From a virus (lineage: Duplodnaviria; Caudoviricetes), in IMG/VR virus record IMGVR_UViG_3300020355_000007, positions 1 through 32,143 of that record: a stretch of 32,143 bases of DNA. One strand, 5' to 3'. Position numbers and translations under genes: made by a program. The notes below the pieces were generated by a model that made no database searches, had not been told where the DNA came from, and was given only the letters and a program-made list of their open reading frames with translations. Within the stretch, counting starts at the first letter, position 1, and each line of letters begins with the position of its first letter. This document shows positions 1 to 8,185 of this stretch, piece after piece.

Positions 1-39
1 AGATGTGAGTGATACTCCAATGGGATGTTAAAAAAGTGC

Positions 40-68
40 TTGCATAGAAATTAAAATTAAACTAGAAT
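40..68 (+). promoter_or_regulatory. sigma70-type promoter for rIIB-like gene
   Basis: TTGCAT(40-45)-17 bp-TAGAAT(63-68); purine-rich GAGGAAAG before ATG 91. Confidence 0.6.
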
Positions 69-90
69 AAAAAAAGTAAGAGGAAAGAAT

Positions 91-960
91 ATGATACCTT
101 ATATCTTAACAGACAATAGCCTGACCGTTGTGATTGACGGCAAGGCTGAAACAATGGCAAGTTCCCATCCATCTTGGGCATTAGCCAACGAAGCACTAGC
201 GTCCGAAAATTGGGATGAGCTAGGGAAGTTATTTGACGTACAAACGGCAGTTGCCAATTACGTTGATGAAGAAACGGGCATTGAAGTGCGAGACGGTGCT
301 ATCTACTACGAAGGTGAAGTGGTTCACAATCTGGTTGTAGACAAGGTTCTGGACTTTATGAGCAAGAATCTACCGTTCAAGCCTCTTTTGAGGTTTCTTG
401 TGAAACTGATGGACAATCCATCCCGCCGTTCTGTGGATGAATTGTATAGGTTCCTAGAGCATAAAAGTATGCCCATCACCCCAGAAGGCAATTTTCTTGC
501 CTACAAGGGTGTTAACAATGAACACAAGGACTTTTACTCTGGCAAGTTTGACAACTCTGTTGGACAAGTTCTTGAAATGCGCCGAAACAGTGTGTGTGAC
601 GATGCCAACATTGGATGCTCTTATGGGTTCCACGCTGGTACATACGAGTACGCTAAAGGCTACGCCAGTGGAGGTGGATACCTCATGGTAGTAGAAATTG
701 ATCCAAGTGACGTTGTGAGCGTTCCTCACGATTGTGACTGTCAGAAGTTGCGTACTGCCAAATATACTGTTGTGGGCGAGTACGAGCATATTGACGCTCC
801 ACCAATGGACGATACGTTCACTGACGAGTGGTACGACTATGACGATGAGGACATAGACGATGATGCTCCCGAATATGGTGCGGGATGGGACGCTGGCTAC
901 AAGCAAGCCAAGAAAGACATTCTGGATACCATTGACCCAGACAATCTGCATAACAACTGA
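91..960 (+). CDS. rIIB: rIIB-like protein (T4 rIIB family)
   Basis: Motifs MPITPEGNFLAYKGV, DFYSGKFDNSVG, EMRRNSVCDD and CSYGFHAG resemble the conserved rIIB block; acidic C-terminal tail. Confidence 0.8.
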   Translation: MIPYILTDNSLTVVIDGKAETMASSHPSWALANEALASENWDELGKLFDVQTAVANYVDEETGIEVRDGAIYYEGEVVHNLVVDKVLDFMSKNLPFKPLLRFLVKLMDNPSRRSVDELYRFLEHKSMPITPEGNFLAYKGVNNEHKDFYSGKFDNSVGQVLEMRRNSVCDDANIGCSYGFHAGTYEYAKGYASGGGYLMVVEIDPSDVVSVPHDCDCQKLRTAKYTVVGEYEHIDAPPMDDTFTDEWYDYDDEDIDDDAPEYGAGWDAGYKQAKKDILDTIDPDNLHNN

Positions 961-974
961 TATGTAGGTATCAT

Positions 975-1021
975 CCCCTGCCAAGGCAACATTTACGCAT
1001 AAAGCCTTGGCGGGGGTTTTT
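975..1021 (+). terminator. intrinsic terminator
   Basis: CCCCTGCCAAGGC pairs with GCCTTGGCGGGGG (one G-U), followed by a T run. Confidence 0.65.
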
Positions 1022-1055
1022 ATTTAAACTAAAGCAAATTATTTAAAATTTTAAA

Positions 1056-1265
1056 ATGGCAAACAAAAAAAAATACATTGTAGCAAAGAAAAAAGGAACT
1101 AATTTATCTCTTGGCATCATGGGTGCAACAACTGTTGAACAAGCAAAAAAGAGAATGAAAAACAACAATTTACCCGCCGAAGATTATACATACAAAATCA
1201 AACAATATACTTGCGATCATTTAGGAGAGCAGGAAAGTCATGTTAGTGGAGGTATAAATGAATAA
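1056..1265 (+). CDS. hypothetical basic protein
   Basis: 69 aa ORF whose stop overlaps the next start. Confidence 0.6.
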   Translation: MANKKKYIVAKKKGTNLSLGIMGATTVEQAKKRMKNNNLPAEDYTYKIKQYTCDHLGEQESHVSGGINE

Positions 1266-1431
1266 GAATCAATACTGGATGAAAATTAGATACAATCACG
1301 ATGGACAAGAGCGTTGGGAGCTTACGAAGGGTCAATTTGCCAATGAACATTCAGTTCTCAGAGCGTATGAAGCAAGAGGCAAATCATTAAATTATACTAT
1401 ACTAGAAACCAAACCATACAAGACTAATTAA
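1258..1431 (+). CDS. hypothetical protein (57 aa, not in ORF track)
   Basis: GGAGG 5 nt upstream of ATG 1258; MNKNQYWMKIRYNHDGQERWEL...KPYKTN. Confidence 0.65.
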   Translation: MNKNQYWMKIRYNHDGQERWELTKGQFANEHSVLRAYEARGKSLNYTILETKPYKTN

Positions 1432-1433
1432 TT

Positions 1434-1607
1434 ATGAGAAACTACGACATCATTAAAAAAGTATTTGAGATTACCCAGATTGACGAAGAAGTAAAGCCTT
1501 GGGACTATGAGGAGATAGCACAAGAAAAGCTCAAAGAGATTGAGGAATTGATTGCTGATGAACGCCCTCAAATTACTGGCCCCAAATTTAAAAAAATTAA
1601 AAATTAA
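1434..1607 (+). CDS. hypothetical protein (57 aa, not in ORF track)
   Basis: MRNYDIIKKVFEITQIDEEVKPW...; fills the gap between the previous stop and tRNA-Leu exactly. Confidence 0.6.
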   Translation: MRNYDIIKKVFEITQIDEEVKPWDYEEIAQEKLKEIEELIADERPQITGPKFKKIKN

Positions 1608-1609
1608 AA

Positions 1610-1696
1610 GGGGAAGTGGTGGAATTGGCAGACACAACAGACTTAAAATCTGTCGAGCATTAGCTCATGCGGGTTCAAGTCCCGCCTTCCCTACCA
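1610..1696 (+). tRNA. tRNA-Leu(TAA)
   Basis: Acceptor GGGGAAG/CTTCCCT, anticodon arm ACAGA-CTTAAAA-TCTGT, long variable arm, GGTTCAAGTCC T-arm, encoded CCA. Confidence 0.95.
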
Positions 1697-1698
1697 AA

Positions 1699-1775
1699 TG
1701 GCCCGTAGCTCAATCGGTTAGAGCAGGGAACTCATAATTCCAAGGTTTAGGGTTCAAGTCCCTACGGGCCAACCA
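1699..1775 (+). tRNA. tRNA with CAT anticodon (elongator Met or lysidine Ile2)
   Basis: Acceptor TGGCCCG/CGGGCCA, loop CTCATAA, GGTTCAAGTCC, encoded CCA; paired 1-72 and no triple G-C anticodon stem, so not initiator. Confidence 0.9.
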
Positions 1776-1809
1776 ATTTAATATAGTTCCCTTATTCTAG
1801 TTATAGATG

Positions 1810-1842
1810 ACCCCTTTATTTATTTATAGAGGGGTTCTTTTT
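1810..1842 (+). terminator. intrinsic terminator after tRNA pair
   Basis: ACCCCTTTA...TAGAGGGGT followed by TCTTTTT. Confidence 0.6.
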
Positions 1843-2097
1843 AATTTATTTTAAAAAAACACAATACACGACCTGTAATGATGTATGATATAGGGTGAAA
1901 TATAGCTATTAATGGCCCCAAATTGCTGTATAAGAGGAGATATAGTATATTATAGTATGAGTGTGGTGAAGTGTATTAAAGTGTGTGATAATGGGTTAAA
2001 GGGTATGCCAAAAATTTATATTTATGTCAACTAATACTTTTTAATTCTTTTTTATTTATATTTAAATGTATATTTATGTGGAAGTGTATATTTCTAT

Positions 2098-2439
2098 ATG
2101 GGAAAAGATAACAGAATAACAAAAAAAAGTAAATTCAAAACCACTAAAGGTGTTGAATATAAAGTATTGTTTAGAAAGCCAAATGCAAGATGGTTTGATG
2201 ATGCAGATGGTTATTGTCAAGACCCAAATTCAGAAAATCCAAAAATACTTGTTAATCCTTATTTAACAGATCAAAGTGAATTAAATACAATAATACATGA
2301 AATAGGTCATGCTTTCTTCTGGGATAAAACTGAAAAAGAAATAGCACAATTTGCTAATACTTGCAGCCGAATTTTATATGAAAGAGGGTTTGCTCATAAT
2401 ACAAAGAGAAACCCCCAAAGAAAAAAAAGAAATAAATAA
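2098..2439 (+). CDS. small HExxH zinc metallopeptidase-like protein
   Basis: TIIHEIGHAFF motif followed by E...A..FA. Confidence 0.65.
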   Translation: MGKDNRITKKSKFKTTKGVEYKVLFRKPNARWFDDADGYCQDPNSENPKILVNPYLTDQSELNTIIHEIGHAFFWDKTEKEIAQFANTCSRILYERGFAHNTKRNPQRKKRNK

Positions 2440-2440
2440 T

Positions 2441-2566
2441 TATTTAAAATCTGAAATTTTGTGTGATTTTTTCCGAAATATTAATTGACTATTTTCTAAA
2501 TATATTATATAATTAAATTATATTATTTAAAATCTGCAATTTTGTCTGATATAATCCGAAATAATA
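2441..2566. repeat. imperfect ~43-bp direct repeat (2 copies, 83-bp period) flanking a consensus promoter
   Basis: TATTTAAAATCTGmAATTTTGTsTGATwTwwTCCGAAATAwTA at 2441 and 2524; TTGACT(2485)-17-TATAAT(2508) lies between them. Confidence 0.8.
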
Positions 2567-2758
2567 ATGAAAAAGAAAAACTTGTCATTAAAAGAAATAC
2601 ATCAATACCTCATTGATAATAATTACTTTCATTATAATGAAGATTATTTAATAAAAAAAGGAATAATTTTAAAGAAAGAAAGTAATAAAGAAAAGCCCGC
2701 CAGTTTACCAGAAAAGTCCCAAATATTATCGTCCGATGGCGAAATATACTGGAAATAA
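2567..2758 (+). CDS. hypothetical protein
   Basis: 63 aa ORF between a promoter and a terminator. Confidence 0.55.
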   Translation: MKKKNLSLKEIHQYLIDNNYFHYNEDYLIKKGIILKKESNKEKPASLPEKSQILSSDGEIYWK

Positions 2759-2771
2759 ACCCCTCTATTTT

Positions 2772-2793
2772 TGACCCATTTTGGGTCATTTTT
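2772..2793 (+). terminator. intrinsic terminator
   Basis: TGACCCA-TTT-TGGGTCA followed by TTTTT. Confidence 0.65.
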
Positions 2794-2921
2794 GTTTATT
2801 ATAATTATTTAATTGTAAAAAACACTAATTTTTAAAAATTTTTTTAAATTTTAGCTTCATCGAAAAAAAATAAAAAAAGTGCTTGCACTGAATTTAAACC
2901 AATAGTAGTATTAGGGAAGTT

Positions 2922-3182
2922 ATGAAACAGAAAAAGCCACGCAAAGTAGGAAGCGGCAGAAAGAAGGGTAGCTACTCCTTTATTAGAGTGAAGTTATCTG
3001 ATCTTCAAGAACGCTTTAAAGATTCAGCGGAGATTGTAGTATCCCGCAAGTGGGCTGAAGGTAACGGGTTACAAGGACAGGCGTTTGTTGCTAATGCACA
3101 AGCGATGGAAGCAGTAACCAGCAAGCCGACAGCGCAACCAGAGGACACCGCGCCAGTTGATATGGAATTAACCGAGTGGTAG
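2922..3182 (+). CDS. hypothetical protein with basic GRKKGS N-terminus (possible DNA binding)
   Basis: TTGCAC(2883)-17-TAGTAT(2906) promoter upstream; KKPRKVGSGRKKGS. Confidence 0.65.
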   Translation: MKQKKPRKVGSGRKKGSYSFIRVKLSDLQERFKDSAEIVVSRKWAEGNGLQGQAFVANAQAMEAVTSKPTAQPEDTAPVDMELTEW

Positions 3183-3196
3183 GTGTATAATATAAT

Positions 3197-3427
3197 ATGA
3201 GCACTGCAAAGAGATATAATCTTGCTTATAATTATGTTTTTGAAAAACAAGCACAATGGAAAAAGGAATTAATAATACAAGGTGAGGGGCAATCTTACGA
3301 TAGGGTGTGGGGAGACTTCATAAAAGAAACATTAAGACTAGCAGAATCAGATAAAGAAATTGAAATAGTTAAAAGTAATTATAAAGAATTAAAAAATAAA
3401 TTAACCCCTTCAGGTATAAATGAATAA
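3197..3427 (+). CDS. hypothetical protein
   Basis: 76 aa; preceded by GTGTATAAT-5 nt-ATG. Confidence 0.6.
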   Translation: MSTAKRYNLAYNYVFEKQAQWKKELIIQGEGQSYDRVWGDFIKETLRLAESDKEIEIVKSNYKELKNKLTPSGINE

Positions 3428-3629
3428 TAATAATAAAGAAAAGAAAAAAGTAGTGAAAGACTACCGTTATTGGCAAAAACATAAAGTAGTTTTTGAAGAA
3501 CTGTTTTGGAGCTTGGATGCAGAAGTGCGTCAGAACATTGCAGATAATCCTTATTGTAAAGAAGCCAAGAGCTTTGAAAAGAAATTAGAAAGAGAAGTTT
3601 TAAAAAAATTAGAGTTGACTACTGTTTAA
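3420..3629 (+). CDS. hypothetical protein
   Basis: 69 aa; start overlaps the previous stop. Confidence 0.6.
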   Translation: MNNNNKEKKKVVKDYRYWQKHKVVFEELFWSLDAEVRQNIADNPYCKEAKSFEKKLEREVLKKLELTTV

Positions 3630-3643
3630 ATTTAACCTAGTAT
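3615..3643 (+). promoter_or_regulatory. sigma70 promoter giving a leaderless ruvB-like transcript
   Basis: TTGACT-17 bp-TAGTAT-6 nt-ATG(3650). Confidence 0.75.
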
Positions 3644-3649
3644 TAGGAC

Positions 3650-4597
3650 ATGGCAAAGAACAAACCTACATTGTTTGCTGATGTTGTTGGACAAAACGCT
3701 GCGAAACGCCGCATGACCTTCTATCAGCAATGTTACACCAAGAGCGGCATGATGCCAAACTCCATGATTGTTGCCCAAAAGGGTGGCGGCAAGACGTTTA
3801 TGGCAAAAGCACTTGGTCAACACCTAATGCGCGAAGGCGAGGCAAAGGCCAAACCATTCTTGGAGATCAACTGCGCGTCACTCAAGAACATCCGTCAATT
3901 CTTCAACAACGTGGTTATTCCACACATGATTGACAAGGATATTACAATCTTGTTTGACGAAGCCAGCGAGCTTCCCAAGGACATGGAGATGGGTCTACTC
4001 ACGATCCTCAACCCCAACAAGAATCACCGCAACGAGTTTGCTGTTGATGATTACGTTGTGGATTTTGATTTCCGTAGACACACGTTTATGTTTGCTACGT
4101 CCGAGCCACACAAAGTTTTCCATGCTCTCATGGACAGGCTTGACCGCATTGACTTGGAAGAATATAACAACGATGAGCTTGGTGAGATTGTCTCACGCAA
4201 CCTTCCCGATGTAAAGTTTGAGGACGATGTGCTTAAAGATGTTTCCAGTGTGCTGCGTGGCAACGCCCGTGCTGCTCAAAAGATGGCAAACAACATTGAG
4301 ATGTTCAACGGTACAGAGGGTAGCTTCACCCGCAAGTTGTGGAATGAGTTAAGCAAGACTCTGGGCATTCTGCCAATGGGCTTGAACCGCATTGAGGTAC
4401 AGGTACTCCGTGCGCTTGCAGAAGCAGGAGAGTGTAGCCTCACCAACCTTGCTGCCAAGACAGGCATGACTGCTGACTCTTTGCGGCGGGACTTTGAGAT
4501 GTATTTGCAAAAGATGAACCTCATGCAGATAGACCGTACCGGACGTAGCATTACTGCCAAGGGTAGACAATATCTGGAGGTGTACGATGCAGCCTAA
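3650..4597 (+). CDS. ruvB: RuvB-like Holliday junction branch-migration AAA+ ATPase
   Basis: P.LFADVVGQ, Walker A AQKGGGKT, Walker B ILFDE, ALMDR, LRGNARAA; C-terminal winged helix FEMYLQKMNLMQIDRTGRSITAKG; 315 aa. Confidence 0.8.
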   Translation: MAKNKPTLFADVVGQNAAKRRMTFYQQCYTKSGMMPNSMIVAQKGGGKTFMAKALGQHLMREGEAKAKPFLEINCASLKNIRQFFNNVVIPHMIDKDITILFDEASELPKDMEMGLLTILNPNKNHRNEFAVDDYVVDFDFRRHTFMFATSEPHKVFHALMDRLDRIDLEEYNNDELGEIVSRNLPDVKFEDDVLKDVSSVLRGNARAAQKMANNIEMFNGTEGSFTRKLWNELSKTLGILPMGLNRIEVQVLRALAEAGECSLTNLAAKTGMTADSLRRDFEMYLQKMNLMQIDRTGRSITAKGRQYLEVYDAA

Positions 4598-4970
4598 AGC
4601 ACAGGCTTCCCCTGACTTCCTCAAACTCCAAAAGAGAATGAAGGAGGTCAGGGTGGGAGAGTGGGTTTCCATCTCCAAGAAAATACAAAATAAATATTCT
4701 AATCTTGAAATAGATCAAATAACTAGAATGAGAAGTGATGATGATTTTTCAGAGTATAGAGCAATATCTGGAGATTATTTGTTAAATATAAAAACCTTTG
4801 TTAACTATGTCTCTATGAGTATTGGAGAATCAGAATATGAAGTTGATAGTTATATAGATGTGGTTGGTGCTTTGAATGTAGAAAATAAGGTAATAAGTAT
4901 ATGGGAGATAATATTTTGGTTGAATTGGGATATTAAACATTATGATGATAAATATTTGGATTTTGAATAA
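4587..4970 (+). CDS. hypothetical protein
   Basis: 127 aa; GGAGG upstream, overlaps the ruvB stop. Confidence 0.55.
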   Translation: MQPKAQASPDFLKLQKRMKEVRVGEWVSISKKIQNKYSNLEIDQITRMRSDDDFSEYRAISGDYLLNIKTFVNYVSMSIGESEYEVDSYIDVVGALNVENKVISIWEIIFWLNWDIKHYDDKYLDFE

Positions 4971-5090
4971 ATAGTTTGTATAATAGAGGAAGTAGATAGA
5001 ATAGAGTCTGGGGAGAATCCAGAACGGGGTTTAGTTCTACCTTCATTGAACACTATCTCAAGGTGAGTAGAAACCTCCTCTACCATCAAG

Positions 5091-5130
5091 GTGCTGCGCC
5101 TTTCCTTTCAGGCGCGGCACTTTCTTTTTT
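5091..5130 (+). terminator. intrinsic terminator
   Basis: GTGCTGCGCC...GGCGCGGCAC followed by TTTCTTTTTT. Confidence 0.8.
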
Positions 5131-5270
5131 GCCCAAATAAGTAGGACTTTTGAAATAAGCCCAAATAAGCAGGGTTGCCCAAATAAAGCTAAATAAGTTA
5201 AATAAGAGTAGTAGTATATATAATATAGAATAGAATAATTATAATAAATTTTTAAAAGTTTTATATTGTT
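5131..5270. repeat. cluster of short GCCCAAATAA/AAATAAG repeats followed by an AT-rich tract
   Basis: GCCCAAATAA at 5131, 5159 and 5177, plus further AAATAAG copies to ~5207; nearly pure A/T from ~5215 to 5270. Confidence 0.65.
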
Positions 5271-5273
5271 TTT

Positions 5274-5306
5274 TTGGCACGGGATTTGCAGCCCGCCCCG
5301 TGCCAA
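5274..5306. repeat. 33-bp dyad, copy 1
   Basis: TTGGCACG-GGATTT-GCAGC-CCGCCC-CGTGCCAA; top strand is a full sigma54 consensus, TGGCACG-N4-TTGCA. Confidence 0.95.
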
Positions 5307-5572
5307 AAAGCAAGCCAAAAAGATTTTCGTAAAAACGGCGAATTTCGCACCGGAGAAAACACCCCTTTTGACGAAAACTTTTGAGCGGCAAAATCCTTTG
5401 ACGATCAAAAAACCCCCATAATGATCGGCAAAACGGTTTGTCAATCACAAATGATCGGCAAACAATTAGGCCAATTAATCGCGCTTAATTAAGGTAATTA
5501 TTTTTTTGCATTAAATGTCATTTTCTTCTTGTCGGGAATCTAAAACTAGTCTACTATTAAGAAAGTTAAGAC

Positions 5573-5755
5573 ATGAAAACCTACAAGACATATCAAGCAC
5601 GGAACGCGGTCAAGGCTGCGTTGGTCACCAACCACATCAAAGCTGGCAAGAAGCAAGGCCAGACTCATGCAGAGGCCAAGGCTGAAGCCTACCGTCTGCA
5701 CAACATCAAGGCGGCACTGCCGATCTTAGAAAAACATTTTAGCTGGCAAGGCTAG
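5573..5755 (+). CDS. hypothetical basic protein
   Basis: 60 aa; TTGTCG(5529)-17-TACTAT(5552) upstream. Confidence 0.65.
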   Translation: MKTYKTYQARNAVKAALVTNHIKAGKKQGQTHAEAKAEAYRLHNIKAALPILEKHFSWQG

Positions 5756-5797
5756 AATGTAATTGACAAGAACCTAGATTATTACTATTATTGACTT

Positions 5798-6706
5798 ATG
5801 CCTATAACAGCTAAACAAGAAACGGGCGCGGCGTATGACTTCCGCGTGAATCAAGTTGAGTTCAACAACCCAGTAAATGGGGAGAAGACTGGACTATTTG
5901 CCAACATCCGACAGGACAACAACGAGATTTTGGGAGTTGTGTCCAAGCGGTATTCAATTGTAAACAACAGCGACATTTTGGGACGCGCTGACTCTGCTCT
6001 TGAGGCTGCGGGTATGCCTTACAAGCGCAACGTGTACACCCTTGAGGGTGGACGCAAGATGAAAGCGTACTACGACATTGGCGTAGATGAGGAAGGAAAG
6101 GTCATCAACGAGGCCATGACCCGCAAGGTTGCCAAAGGTGACATTATGGGCTTCCGTTTGATTGCCCAGAATTCCTTTGACCGCACTCTGCGCGTGTCTT
6201 TTGCGCTGGGTTTAATCCGATTGGTTTGCACCAACGGCATGACCACTATGGAAAAAGAGATTTCCATGATTAAGAAGCACTCCCAAAGTTTTAACTTGGA
6301 TGACTTCATTGCTGGTGATGCTTTGGAAACTGCAATCAAACGCTTGGACAACAGCGTGAACGTGTACAAGCTACTGGCTGACCAAGAGGTATCTCAAGAG
6401 CAAGGCTTGAGCATCCTTAACAACCTGACCACTCCACGCTTCAAGAAAGTGTTGAGCGAGAAGGCCCGTGAAGGTGTTGCCCGTATCTGGAACAACCCAA
6501 CGCACGACGAGGATGCAGACCGCAACCTGTACAACCTCAACAACGCCGTGACTCAGTACTTCACGCACGAACAGGATTCAGTGGAGTACGCTCAACGTAG
6601 CAGCAAGCGAGTGCTTGAATACTTTGAGCAAGCCGCGCACTCTGGCAAGGAAGGCAAGACCTTCACCGCCCTCACCAAGAATGAGGAAATCACAGTGGTA
6701 GAATAA
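5798..6706 (+). CDS. DUF932/DUF945-like phage-plasmid protein
   Basis: LGVVSKRYSIVNN, GGRKM, NSFDRT, RLVCTNGM and NLYNLNNAVT motifs; leaderless promoter TTGACA(5763)-17-TATTAT-6-ATG. Confidence 0.75.
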   Translation: MPITAKQETGAAYDFRVNQVEFNNPVNGEKTGLFANIRQDNNEILGVVSKRYSIVNNSDILGRADSALEAAGMPYKRNVYTLEGGRKMKAYYDIGVDEEGKVINEAMTRKVAKGDIMGFRLIAQNSFDRTLRVSFALGLIRLVCTNGMTTMEKEISMIKKHSQSFNLDDFIAGDALETAIKRLDNSVNVYKLLADQEVSQEQGLSILNNLTTPRFKKVLSEKAREGVARIWNNPTHDEDADRNLYNLNNAVTQYFTHEQDSVEYAQRSSKRVLEYFEQAAHSGKEGKTFTALTKNEEITVVE

Positions 6707-6720
6707 TCCACTCTTTAAAT

Positions 6721-6751
6721 ATCCCTCGCCTACGGGCGGGGGATTTTTTTT
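6721..6751 (+). terminator. intrinsic terminator
   Basis: ATCCCTCGCC-TACG-GGCGGGGGAT followed by a T run. Confidence 0.85.
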
Positions 6752-6780
6752 GCCATCACGAAAATTTTCCCCTTGACTTT

Positions 6781-6813
6781 TTGGCACGCGGCGGGCAGCG
6801 GGCGGCGTGCCAA
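6781..6813. repeat. 33-bp dyad, copy 2
   Basis: TTGGCACG-CGGCGG-GCAGC-GGGCGG-CGTGCCAA. Confidence 0.95.
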
Positions 6814-6859
6814 AAAAGTTTTTGTTGACTCGGTTGCAGATTTTGTTTATTATTAGGAT

Positions 6860-7402
6860 ATGTTAACCAGAGAACAGTCAAAGAAAATGTTTAAGCGCGA
6901 AGTGTACCGCAACCTTCACTTCAGAGACGAGGTTGTTTATTCCGTGCGTAAGGATGGACTTGTTGAGGGACACGCTCTTTGTCATGTAATGGATGGAGTT
7001 ACCTTCAGTGTTGGCCCCAAGGGGAATCAACGTGTGCGTGACGAGCAGCGCAAAAATGTTCACGCTGTTATCCGTGGTCACGTTATCAATGCCGTTTGGT
7101 ATGACGAGGAAGAATTAGATTTTGCCAAGAGTGCCGCCAAAGATCTAGCGAAAATTGAGATGTGTGGTGTGCCTGTAAGCCAAAACACAGATGTAAGTGA
7201 CTTGGATGACCCACGCGCTTGGGAGCCTATGTATAAATGGGTAGAGGTTAAGTATAACCCTTATAAGTTCAAGAGTTTTGTTGCTGTTGATGGTGATAAA
7301 CTTACTCCTATCTTTAACGCCCGTAAGGTTGTTATTTATAGTGAAGACAACAAGTCCAAAGTTATGGCAATGATTCCAATTGAAAAAAGTGACAAAAACT
7401 AG
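6860..7402 (+). CDS. conserved phage hypothetical protein
   Basis: VYRNLH...YSVR...QRVRDEQRKNVHA...YNPYK pattern recalled from phage hypotheticals; leaderless promoter TTGACT(6825)-17-TATTAT-6-ATG. Confidence 0.75.
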   Translation: MLTREQSKKMFKREVYRNLHFRDEVVYSVRKDGLVEGHALCHVMDGVTFSVGPKGNQRVRDEQRKNVHAVIRGHVINAVWYDEEELDFAKSAAKDLAKIEMCGVPVSQNTDVSDLDDPRAWEPMYKWVEVKYNPYKFKSFVAVDGDKLTPIFNARKVVIYSEDNKSKVMAMIPIEKSDKN

Positions 7403-7440
7403 TTGACTCAAATTTAAATCCCGACTATTATTAAAAAACG

Positions 7441-7632
7441 ATGAGCATGAAAGATATACAAAACGGCTCACTCTACGTGAATCAGACTAACAATCAGATT
7501 CTCCGAGTGCGAAGCAAGGCGAACAGCAACAGCGTTCTTGCTACTTATGAAGATGACGGTGCAGTTGCCGCCGTACCAGTAGCACAACTGCGTGTTGCTA
7601 GTGAAGATGAGGTTAATGGGTTCCTAGCGTAA
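7441..7632 (+). CDS. small beta-rich hypothetical protein
   Basis: 63 aa; TTGACT(7403)-17-TATTAT(7426) promoter. Confidence 0.7.
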   Translation: MSMKDIQNGSLYVNQTNNQILRVRSKANSNSVLATYEDDGAVAAVPVAQLRVASEDEVNGFLA

Positions 7633-7649
7633 AAACCCAATTCGATTTT

Positions 7650-8050
7650 TGACAATTTGCTGGGAGACGAAAAACAGTCTTGGCAAGCCTAACGTAGCGA
7701 ATGAGGTACGCGCCTCATTAGGGACGAGGAAGCACCAGCAGAACAATTTGGAACAGCGACGGTTGTTCCAACGGCATGTAGCGTAACAATGGTTTACAAG
7801 AGCCATAGCGCACCGAAACAAGAGGCAGGAGTCCATCAAACTCTGGGAGCCGAGTAGCACAGTCCGTAAGGGCGCAGCTATGATGTGAGTAGGGTACGAA
7901 ATGTTGTAGGGTTAATGAACTTGATCTTGGCCCGAGAGTAGTTGCAGGTATTCAAGAAGTCCTGTCATGCCACTAATTTTCTCGCAATAACGCGGGAATA
8001 AACAAAAAAGGACTGTGTGGGAATCACAGAAAGGCTGAGAACATGCCGAA
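7650..8050 (+). ncRNA. putative large structured non-coding RNA
   Basis: No + strand ORF of 60 aa or more; many hairpins plus long-range helices (TGCTGG/CCAGCA, GGCATG/CATGCC), a GNRA tetraloop and three GAGTAG motifs. Confidence 0.6.
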
Positions 8051-8069
8051 AAAAACTTCCCTTTACTTT

Positions 8070-8102
8070 TTGGCACGAGGCGCGCAGCCGATCCCGTGCC
8101 AA
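8070..8102. repeat. 33-bp dyad, copy 3
   Basis: TTGGCACG-AGGCGC-GCAGC-CGATCC-CGTGCCAA. Confidence 0.95.
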
Positions 8103-8185
8103 AAATTTTTTGCTTGACATGCCTGACTGAATTTTAATTAAAAAAAAAGTTTGACGAGCACGCAAAACAGAGGTAAGATTAGGAC

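Noticed and set aside
1552-1737. 61-aa ORF in the track
   Set aside because: Overlaps two clear tRNA genes
2922-3182. GRKKGSY as a second ArfA
   Set aside because: Lacks KGKGS and the downstream R..KH; looks like a generic basic motif
1251-3427. Shared GGTATAAATGAATAA junction at 1251 and 3413 (contains TATAAAT, like a T4 late promoter)
   Set aside because: Only two copies, and explained by an SD plus overlapping start/stop
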